DNA of 64,000 nucleotides from Omnitrophica WOR_2 bacterium RIFOXYA2_FULL_38_17 (lineage in GTDB: Bacteria > Omnitrophota > Gorgyraeia > Zapsychrales > Zapsychraceae): positions 18,080 to 82,079 of the forward strand of contig MHHG01000073.1 in the NCBI GenBank assembly GCA_001805965.1, given 5' to 3'. Of the stretch, positions 30,745 through 38,959 are shown one piece after another; positions within the stretch are counted from its first letter, which is position 1; each line of letters begins with the position of its first letter. The notes beneath the pieces were generated by a model, which saw only the letters and a program-made list of their open reading frames with translations, had not been told where the DNA came from and ran no database searches. A program made the position numbers and the translations under genes.

Positions 30745-30888
30745 GCTTTAGAATAACTCCCTCATAAATTAGTCTCGCTGTATATCTTTAATAGCTCGCA
30801 ACTAAATTATGTCCGTGTTAAGGCTTTCTTATAAATGGTTTTGAAATTTATATATTGATTTGAAAAATTTTATTTAATACTCATTAGC

Positions 30889-30917
30889 AATCTATTACAT
30901 TAAATTACACTTGTCAA
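30889..30917 (-). promoter_or_regulatory. Putative sigma70 promoter for the HTH_17 gene and smc
   Basis: Minus strand TTGACA (30912-17), N17, TAGATT (30889-94). Confidence 0.5.
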
Positions 30918-31386
30918 TATTTTTATATTTTTTTTTACATATTAAGTCATTGTTATACTATATACTCATAATATATGCCTTACATTCTATAAAATTCATT
31001 ATAATAGCATATTTATTTTTTTAATTACATTTTTTAACATTTCATAGTGTTTATATACATTTAGCTCATTTTTTAACAATTTTATACATATTCAATTTTA
31101 TTCAATAAATTTCTCCATGAAAAACAACATAATAACCATAAACTTTAAAATATCACTCATTATTCCATAATGTCTATAAAGAACCTTTGCGTAGAAATTA
31201 GTATTAGTAAAATAAAAAATGGTTTCCATAATTTAAACAATTATGGTAATATGTGACCACTTATCAGAAGTCATATTCATGCTTTTTAAAAATCAAAGAT
31301 TATTGTTGAAATTTAATTGGTTTTACTATATATAAATAAGTACTATTTTTTATTAAATATATATTAAGACGCTTACAGGAGGCAAA

Positions 31387-32547
31387 ATGATCAATTATTT
31401 ACTCACAGAAGAACAAGAAATGATACGAGATCTATGCAGGCAAATAACTGATGAAAAAATCAGGCCTGTTGCTGCAGAGCTTGACAAAACCGAAGAATTC
31501 CCTTGGGAAATCATGAAAGTCATGGCAAAGTCTGATCTTTTCGGCCTATATATAGATGAAAAATATGGCGGAATGGGCGGCGGTATACTTGAGCTATCTA
31601 TAGCTACAGAAGAATTCTCTAAAGGCTGTGGCGGAATCGCAATTTGTTACGCAGCCTCAGCATTAGGCACCCTTCCAATTCTTATCTTAGGATCAGAAGA
31701 GCAAAAACAGAAGTATATCCCAGATTTAGCTGCCGGTAAACATCTTGCTGCATTTGGCATCACTGAACCAGCTGCCGGTTCTGATGCAAGTGCAATGCAA
31801 ACAACCGCAGTTAAAAAAGGCGACAAATATATCCTTAACGGAACAAAACATTTTATCACTAATGGCGGGGAAGCAGAGATTTATACAGTTGTTGCCATGA
31901 CAGATAAATCCAAAGGTTCTAGGGGCGCGAGTATTTTTATAGTAGAGAAAGGAACGCCTGGTTTTACATTCGGAAAAAAAGAGGACAAATTAGGTATCAG
32001 GGCATCTGCAACTAACGAGCTTAATTTCGTTGATTGCGAGATCCCTGCAGAGAACCTTCTTGGAAAAGAGGGCCAAGGCTTTATCGGAGCAATGAGAGTC
32101 TTTGATAAATCGCGCCCAGGAATCGGCGCGCAAGCAGTGGGCATCGCACAAGGCGCATTAGATCATGCAATTAGATATGCCAGAGAAAGAAAACAATTTG
32201 GAAAATCCATTTCAAGCTTTCAGGGAATTCAATTTATGTTAGCTGATATGGCAACACAGGTCGAAGCAGCACGCGCGCTTGTTTATGCATCAGCAAGAGA
32301 AGTAGACAGCGGCGTTACAAAAAATTATGGAATGCATTCTGCAATGTCAAAACTCTACGCATCTGATGTCGCGATGAAAGTCACGACTGATGCAGTGCAG
32401 ATATTCGGCGGATACGGCTACATGAAAGAATATCCGGTAGAAAAATATATGCGCGATGCAAAGATCACCCAAATATACGAAGGAACCAACCAGATACAGC
32501 GAAGCATCATCGCTCTTGGTTTAATAAAGGAAGCCGCAGGAAGCTAA
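31387..32547 (+). CDS. bcd: Acyl-CoA (butyryl-CoA-type) dehydrogenase
   Basis: FGITEPAAGSDA, NGTKHFITNG, KLGIRAS, RKQFGK, GGYGYM..YPVE and QIYEGTNQIQR. Confidence 0.85.
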   Translation: MINYLLTEEQEMIRDLCRQITDEKIRPVAAELDKTEEFPWEIMKVMAKSDLFGLYIDEKYGGMGGGILELSIATEEFSKGCGGIAICYAASALGTLPILILGSEEQKQKYIPDLAAGKHLAAFGITEPAAGSDASAMQTTAVKKGDKYILNGTKHFITNGGEAEIYTVVAMTDKSKGSRGASIFIVEKGTPGFTFGKKEDKLGIRASATNELNFVDCEIPAENLLGKEGQGFIGAMRVFDKSRPGIGAQAVGIAQGALDHAIRYARERKQFGKSISSFQGIQFMLADMATQVEAARALVYASAREVDSGVTKNYGMHSAMSKLYASDVAMKVTTDAVQIFGGYGYMKEYPVEKYMRDAKITQIYEGTNQIQRSIIALGLIKEAAGS

Positions 32548-33329
32548 TGAACATAATAGTATGCATAAAACAAGTACCTGACACAACCCAGGTAAAAATA
32601 GACCCAAAAACAAACACCTTGATTAGAGAAGGTGTCGAGTCCATCATAAACCCTTTTGACATGTACGCCATTGAAGAAGGCGTAAGGCTAAAAGAAAAGT
32701 TCGGCGGAAAAGTTATTGCGATAACAATGGGGCCGCCTCAAGCAGAAGCAGCATTACGTGAAGCAATTTCTCTGGGATGCGATGATGGCATTTTGGTAAG
32801 TGACAGGGCTTTTGCAGGATCAGATACTCTTGCAACAAGCTACACCCTAGCAATGGCAGTTAAAAAAATTGAAACTTTTGATATTATTATTTGCGGAAAA
32901 CAAGCATCAGATGGAGACACTGCTCAGGTCGGGCCTGGTATCGCAGCACATCTCAACATCCCACAAGTCACATACGTCAAACATATCAAAGAAGCAGACG
33001 AAGAAGCGATCACAGTTGAAAGAATGACCGAAGAGGGTTCAGAGATTTTAAGATCACCTTTACCTTGCTTAATAACAGTTGTCAAGGAAATCAACGAGCC
33101 GAGGATCCCTTCATTAAAAGGGAAGATGAAAGCCAAAAAAGCTGAGCTTACATGCTGGAAAGCTATTGACATTGATTGTGATGATGAACGCCTGGGCTTA
33201 AATGGTTCACCAACTCAGGTCGTTAGGATATTTACACCGCCGCCAAGGGCGCAAGGCGAAATACTTGAAGGTGACCCCCAGGAAACGACAAGCAAACTAG
33301 TTGAAATGTTAAAGGATAGCATACAATAA
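32547..33329 (+). CDS. etfB: Electron transfer flavoprotein beta subunit
   Basis: CIKQVPDT, INPFD, DRAFAGSDTLAT, GKQASDGDTAQVGP and GLNGSPT. Confidence 0.95.
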   Translation: MNIIVCIKQVPDTTQVKIDPKTNTLIREGVESIINPFDMYAIEEGVRLKEKFGGKVIAITMGPPQAEAALREAISLGCDDGILVSDRAFAGSDTLATSYTLAMAVKKIETFDIIICGKQASDGDTAQVGPGIAAHLNIPQVTYVKHIKEADEEAITVERMTEEGSEILRSPLPCLITVVKEINEPRIPSLKGKMKAKKAELTCWKAIDIDCDDERLGLNGSPTQVVRIFTPPPRAQGEILEGDPQETTSKLVEMLKDSIQ

Positions 33330-33330
33330 A

Positions 33331-34527
33331 ATGAGTATAAAAGTAATCAAAGATAAATGTACTGGATGTATGATCTGCACAAGGGTTTGCCCTTTTGCTG
33401 CCATAAAAGTAATTGAAAAATTAGCGGTTATTGACCTAGATAAATGTACTATTTGCGGAGCCTGCAAGGAAGTCTGCAACTTTGCCGCAATAGATATACA
33501 AAAAAATCCCAAAAAAACCCAGGATATTGAAAAGTATAAAGGCGTCTGGATCTTTGCCGAGCAGAAGCGAGGAAACATACAATCTATCTCTTATGAACTT
33601 CTTGGCAAGGCAACAGAGCTTGCACAAAAATTAGGGGTCGAAGTTTCTTGCATGCTATTAGGGCACAATATAACTGACAAAGCCCAGGAACTGATATCCA
33701 GAGGCGCTGATAATGTTTATGTAGTTGATTCCCCCGAACTCGAACACTTCCTTGATGAACCATACTCAAAGATACTTATAAATTTAATAAGAAAATATCG
33801 TCCCGAGATAGTTCTTTGCGGTGCATCAGCAATTGGCAGAGCACTGGTTTCGCGAGTCGCAGTAAACATTCACGCTGGCCTTACTGCAGATTGTACTGAA
33901 CTGGATATTGATGAAACTGAAAAGATCCTGCTTCAAACAAGGCCGGCATTTGGCGGGAATATTATGGCAACGATCATTTCAAAGAATCACCGCCCTCAAA
34001 TGGCCACTGTAAGGCATAAAGTCTTCAAGGAAGCTGAAGTAGACCCATCAAGAACCGGGAAAGTAATTATTGAAAATTTTGATAAATCTTTCTTCAAGTC
34101 AAGGACCAAGATGCTTGACGTGATAGAAGAAGTCACGTCAATGATCAACATTGCAGAAGCTGATATAATCGTTTCAGGCGGACGCGCAATGAAAGGCCCA
34201 GAAAATTTCGCGATACTTGAAGAACTTGCCAAAGTTTTAGGCGGTGCCGTTGGAGCATCTAGGGCTGCAGTTGATAGCGATTGGATGCCCTACTCTCACC
34301 AAGTCGGACAGACCGGAAAAACAGTCTGCCCTAAAATGTATATCGCTTGCGGGATTTCAGGACAGATCCAGCATTTAGTCGGAATGTCCTCATCAGATAT
34401 AATTATTGCGATCAACAGGGATGCTTCCGCACCGATTTTCCAGGTAGCTGATTACGGAATTGTTGGCGACCTGTTTGAGATCGTCCCGCTTTTAACAAAA
34501 AAATTCAAAGAAGCATTAAATAAATAA
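33331..34527 (+). CDS. etfA: Electron transfer flavoprotein alpha subunit with N-terminal 2x[4Fe-4S] ferredoxin domain
   Basis: CTGCMICTRVCP and CTICGACKEVC; GLTADCT, RPAFGGN, QVGQTG and GISGQIQH. Confidence 0.95.
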   Translation: MSIKVIKDKCTGCMICTRVCPFAAIKVIEKLAVIDLDKCTICGACKEVCNFAAIDIQKNPKKTQDIEKYKGVWIFAEQKRGNIQSISYELLGKATELAQKLGVEVSCMLLGHNITDKAQELISRGADNVYVVDSPELEHFLDEPYSKILINLIRKYRPEIVLCGASAIGRALVSRVAVNIHAGLTADCTELDIDETEKILLQTRPAFGGNIMATIISKNHRPQMATVRHKVFKEAEVDPSRTGKVIIENFDKSFFKSRTKMLDVIEEVTSMINIAEADIIVSGGRAMKGPENFAILEELAKVLGGAVGASRAAVDSDWMPYSHQVGQTGKTVCPKMYIACGISGQIQHLVGMSSSDIIIAINRDASAPIFQVADYGIVGDLFEIVPLLTKKFKEALNK

Positions 34528-34582
34528 AAAAAGGCAGACCCTTTTAGCCCAAAATAAGTCTGTCCCTAATTTATTTCACCTA

Positions 34583-37531
34583 TCAGGCACTGTTTCGAAT
34601 CAACTCTTTACGATTATTCCCAAGCAACATCAGAATGTTCGACACAGGAGTAACATTTATTATAACAGGTACGAAGCCTTCAATATTCAGGTCATAAATT
34701 GGCTGTTCATCCAGCGGAAGAGGGATACCCGCGCTATTTCTTTTTATCTGAAGGTCAAGCATGTCAGAATTAAAATCAATACCACCGACATTCTCCGATC
34801 CTTTTTCATTTGTAACGCCACCTTCATTAACTGTTGATGTTTCATTGTTCAATAATACTGCCTTTTCGATCCCTTCAAGGTCACCGGCAGCAATCTGATC
34901 AAAATACGCATCGATCTTAGCCAAATGCTTATCAATGTTCCCTTGCGCGTCCTGTTTCAGCTTAATAAGTGTTGCCAACAAATATCCGGCTTCCTCACGT
35001 TCAAAATCATCTTCGCTCATTCCCTCATAAACAGCTCTTACGACCTCAATATCGGAAGAGAGATCTCTTAATTCACCCGAAAAACCTTTTTCTTCAACCA
35101 AGTCAATCCTTTGGGAAAGATCTAAAACTCTGCGCTGGATATCATCTGTTCTCCCGATCTCATAAGAAGATTGAAGCCTAACAACATTTTCGATATTTTT
35201 CATGACATCTTGCCCTTCTGCCCCTAAACCTTCTGCCATCTTCCTAGCAGTTTCTATCGCATAATTCGCTTCCCCTTTGACAAAGTCACTTGACCTTTCA
35301 AAAATACGTCGCAATGTAAAAGGCTCAGCAGGATCACTAAAATTTGTTACCACGAGTCCATACTTTTTGAAGATCTCCCCATCTGAATACTCCACATTCT
35401 CCCCTTCAGCCTTAAAATCAACCATGCGTCTTGCTGGAGTAATGCGGTCCAAAGCATATCCAAAAGATATCAGCTCACTTGCCTCAATCTTTGAAATATT
35501 AAGCAAATTAACCACATAATCACGCACCTTGATCCTTAAAGAGTCTGGATTGGTTATTTTTCCTTCACTATTAATATCTGTAATAAGAAGCACCGGCAAT
35601 AGATTGTTAGGTATGTTTATCCCTATATTTGGCAATACAATCGTAGCCACAAAATCAATTGGATTTCCGGGATGATGAGCAGCAATGATCAAAGCAAGAC
35701 CCAAAGCCTCATCAGGCTCAAAGCCCGCCTCCTCCAGACGTTCTATTGTAGCTATCATGCTCAAAGTACCATGCATAATAACTTTTTCCACCAGAGGATT
35801 ACCCTTATTTGCCAGCATAAAAGCATAGATAGCCTCAGCCCTTTCTACTGCGTCTTCATGGGAAAGCCCTAAAATCCGTTCCCCTATCTTAATCCACAAG
35901 TCAATAAACTTGATTTTAAATGCAGGGTCTGAAACATCCATTGCATAGGCAAGGTCATGGGTTTCGGCAAATAGTTCGCCAAAGGACGCCATTTCATCAG
36001 ATATCAAACCACGCTCATGAAGGGATTCAATAAGAGCCCTGTGGGAATTAATATGGGCAGCCACTGGCGGCGAATAATTCTCAGGCCTTCTGTTGGATGC
36101 AATTGCAGCCGCATTTAATAATTTATCTTTATATGCTACGAGAACCGGCCTGCCCTTACCCTGCAGGTCCTCAAGCCTTACTTCCGGATTATCAATTAAA
36201 CCAAGCATTGACCGGTCCGGCCCTTTCAAAGAAACAGGATTTTCGGCTAAATATTTTTCATTATTAGGATTCGCTTCCAACATATTTACATCAACTTCAA
36301 ATTTCTTGGAAAGCATTGAACTATCGCCAAGATTCTTCTCAACATATGCTTTTTGTTCAGATCCGAGGTTCTCAACTGGGCCCTTAACCGTCTCAATAAT
36401 TTCCGGAAGAGTTTCACCGAACTGATTCTGAGAAATAAAACCTCCGGAAAAATATTTCCTTGGGATGATCTCCTGGCTTATCGGATCATAATCTTCCTTT
36501 ATATAATTAAAAACCCCCTGCTTAAAAGCCTCAATATATTGGCGATAGATCTTTTTGCTCACATCTTTATCCTCGAGATCTATACCTTTCACCTTATTCT
36601 TATCAACATAGACCTGGCCCATCAAAGATTGTTTTAAGTTGCTCTTATACCAAGCGGCAAGTATCATGGAATTATACATCTGCCTTAACTTAATAAATGT
36701 TCTGCCATGATTTATCTCGCGCTCGATCTCAGGGATAAGGATCTCTTTAATGACCTCTTTGATCTCATCCAACTGCTGTGGATTCTCAGCCCTCTCTTCT
36801 TCAGCGCCTAAAATATCTGACATTTCAGAATCTTCAAATGTGCTCCTAAAAGCCATATAGTCTGATTCAAGCATAACCTTAAGATTGCTTTCAAGAACAA
36901 AAACCATTCCTTGGTCCTCATATAACACGGCTTTATCCGGAACGATCCAAACCTTATTAAATGTATCCATGGGTATATCCGTGATCCCGTATCTCTCATA
37001 AGCTATCTTATAAACTCTTGCCCAGAATTCTTCTCCCAATTCATCCTCCGGATACATAAGGGATGCTGTTAACTGCTTCAACAAATAATCCTGAGCCAGA
37101 AGGTCCCTTCCCATTTCCGTATGCCCAAAATTCTCTGGAATGATCCTGTTATTTTCATAAGGGGATAAATTGACCCACATATCTTCTTCAGGAGTAGTCA
37201 ATGATGCCAAGAAATACTTTATAAGCTTTTCAGATTCATATTTAAGCTCTTCATCCTCAATTTGAGAATCTCCGGTATCAATTATGAATTTAAAGCGTAA
37301 TGGATTTTCAGGAAATGTTTGTATGCCTTTAATTACAGCAGGGTAAAAAGCTGGGGTTACTGTTACTATTGTTCCTACTTGCGGCAGCGAGAAAATACTT
37401 TGAGCATAAACATTTGCCGGCAATATAAAATTAGAGGTCACAAATGCTAAAACTATTATAAAAACCGATAATTTGTATACAAAATTGTCAGATTTTTTTC
37501 TTAAGTAAATTGCCATCTCATACCTCAACAT
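34583..37531 (-). CDS. Large exported modular protein: conserved N-terminal domain, HD-family hydrolase cargo and conserved C-terminal GGID domain
   Basis: Signal peptide ending VYA|Q; N- and C-terminal domains align with 51738-55277; the middle carries an H...HD...H...HH...D pattern. Confidence 0.8.
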   Translation of the reverse strand: MLRYEMAIYLRKKSDNFVYKLSVFIIVLAFVTSNFILPANVYAQSIFSLPQVGTIVTVTPAFYPAVIKGIQTFPENPLRFKFIIDTGDSQIEDEELKYESEKLIKYFLASLTTPEEDMWVNLSPYENNRIIPENFGHTEMGRDLLAQDYLLKQLTASLMYPEDELGEEFWARVYKIAYERYGITDIPMDTFNKVWIVPDKAVLYEDQGMVFVLESNLKVMLESDYMAFRSTFEDSEMSDILGAEEERAENPQQLDEIKEVIKEILIPEIEREINHGRTFIKLRQMYNSMILAAWYKSNLKQSLMGQVYVDKNKVKGIDLEDKDVSKKIYRQYIEAFKQGVFNYIKEDYDPISQEIIPRKYFSGGFISQNQFGETLPEIIETVKGPVENLGSEQKAYVEKNLGDSSMLSKKFEVDVNMLEANPNNEKYLAENPVSLKGPDRSMLGLIDNPEVRLEDLQGKGRPVLVAYKDKLLNAAAIASNRRPENYSPPVAAHINSHRALIESLHERGLISDEMASFGELFAETHDLAYAMDVSDPAFKIKFIDLWIKIGERILGLSHEDAVERAEAIYAFMLANKGNPLVEKVIMHGTLSMIATIERLEEAGFEPDEALGLALIIAAHHPGNPIDFVATIVLPNIGINIPNNLLPVLLITDINSEGKITNPDSLRIKVRDYVVNLLNISKIEASELISFGYALDRITPARRMVDFKAEGENVEYSDGEIFKKYGLVVTNFSDPAEPFTLRRIFERSSDFVKGEANYAIETARKMAEGLGAEGQDVMKNIENVVRLQSSYEIGRTDDIQRRVLDLSQRIDLVEEKGFSGELRDLSSDIEVVRAVYEGMSEDDFEREEAGYLLATLIKLKQDAQGNIDKHLAKIDAYFDQIAAGDLEGIEKAVLLNNETSTVNEGGVTNEKGSENVGGIDFNSDMLDLQIKRNSAGIPLPLDEQPIYDLNIEGFVPVIINVTPVSNILMLLGNNRKELIRNSA

Positions 37532-37629
37532 TTTTAAACAGTATCATCTTAATAATACTATTTATTGCAATTAAAGTATAAAATGCAATAGCTACACAAA
37601 CAAGGGTATGAAAAAAATACTATGTTTAT

Positions 37630-37665
37630 AAAAAAAAGCCATGAATAAGTCTTCATGGCTTTTTT
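37630..37665 (-). terminator. Intrinsic terminator after glgC
   Basis: aaaaaagccatgaa-taagtc-ttcatggctttttt perfect stem with A/T runs on both sides. Confidence 0.8.
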
Positions 37666-37685
37666 ATAATTAAAAAACAGCTCTG

Positions 37686-38903
37686 CTATTTAATAGAAAC
37701 GTCTGTTTTCTTTGGAACAATAACAATACCGGATGTCGTAAGAACAAAACGTTTTTTATCAAGCTCCAGATCGTACCCTATCTCAGTATTCGCAGGAATT
37801 ATAACCTCTTTGTCAATAATAGCATTCCTGACCTTGGCATTCTCGCCTATCTGAACGCCTTCCATTATTATTGAATTCTTGACGTGGGCACCTTCTTTGA
37901 TTGTTACATTTGGAGAAAGGATTGAATTATCAACCTCCCCGCCTTCAATTATACATCCTCCTGATATCATTGAATTATATATAGCCCCTGAACCAGAAGG
38001 TTTTGTGATCATTCTGATCGGAGGATACTGCTCGTGGTAAGTCCTAACCCTCCAATCTTCATCGTAAAGGTCAAAATCAGAATTTGGCTTCAAAAGGTCC
38101 ATATTTGCCTGATAATATGCATCTCTTGTCCCAATATCCCTCCAATACACAGGCTTGCCTCCGGCATTTTGCGCAAAATCATAAACATACACTTTCTTTT
38201 TGCTTTTCAACATCTGTGGAATAATATTCTTTCCAAAATCATGGCTTGAAGTAACATTTTTAGAATCAATTTCCAGTTCTTTTAACAGAACATCCTTTTT
38301 AAAAAGATATATCCCCATTGAAGCAAATATCTCGGATTTCTTTGAAGGTATTACTTTTGGGTGCACAGGCTTTTCCTGAAATCCAAGGACCCGGTTCTCA
38401 GCATTAACTTCAACAACACCAAAATCCTTAGACATTTTTTTGGGCATATTAACACAGGCAACAGTAACATCAGCATCCTTTTCTTCATGGAACTTAACCA
38501 TATCCCTATAGTTCATCTTATAAATATGGTCACCGGCAAGGATCAAAACCCTGTCCGGAGCACAATCATTGATCGCATATATATTCTGATAAATAGCGTC
38601 AGCCGTTCCTTTATACCAATCAGAGCTTATCCTTTGCTGTGCAGGGATAACATCAATAAACTCGCCTAATTGGCTTGAGAATACATTCCATCCCGCCAAC
38701 AAATGTTTTTGCAGGGAAAAAGATTTATACTGGGTAAGAACATAGATCCTCCTTAACCCGGAGTTAACACAATTACTCAAAGTATAATCAATGATCCTAT
38801 ATATCCCGGCAAATGGGACAGCAGGCTTTGCCCGGTCCCTGGTTAAGGGATCAAGCCTTTCACCACGCCCACCGGCTAAAATAAAAGTTAAGGTTTTACG
38901 CAT
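37686..38903 (-). CDS. glgC: Glucose-1-phosphate adenylyltransferase
   Basis: LAGGRGERLDPLTRDRAKPAVPF, GTADA, LAGDHIYKM, ASMGIY, HDFGK, YWRDIGT and a beta-helix C-terminus. Confidence 0.96.
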   Translation of the reverse strand: MRKTLTFILAGGRGERLDPLTRDRAKPAVPFAGIYRIIDYTLSNCVNSGLRRIYVLTQYKSFSLQKHLLAGWNVFSSQLGEFIDVIPAQQRISSDWYKGTADAIYQNIYAINDCAPDRVLILAGDHIYKMNYRDMVKFHEEKDADVTVACVNMPKKMSKDFGVVEVNAENRVLGFQEKPVHPKVIPSKKSEIFASMGIYLFKKDVLLKELEIDSKNVTSSHDFGKNIIPQMLKSKKKVYVYDFAQNAGGKPVYWRDIGTRDAYYQANMDLLKPNSDFDLYDEDWRVRTYHEQYPPIRMITKPSGSGAIYNSMISGGCIIEGGEVDNSILSPNVTIKEGAHVKNSIIMEGVQIGENAKVRNAIIDKEVIIPANTEIGYDLELDKKRFVLTTSGIVIVPKKTDVSIK

Positions 38904-38959
38904 TTATTACTCCTGTTTTATATTATAAGTATACCTTAAATCGTATACTGTCAAAATTC

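Noticed and set aside
30770-31380. Very AT-rich 600-bp intergenic region as a possible replication origin
   Set aside because: I found no canonical DnaA boxes (TTATCCACA) and no dnaA/dnaN nearby; divergent promoters for HTH-smc and bcd-etf explain it.
34528-34575. ggcagaccc...aagtctgtcc imperfect palindrome as a mobile-element end
   Set aside because: It is a single copy between convergent genes and is adequately explained as a terminator-like hairpin.
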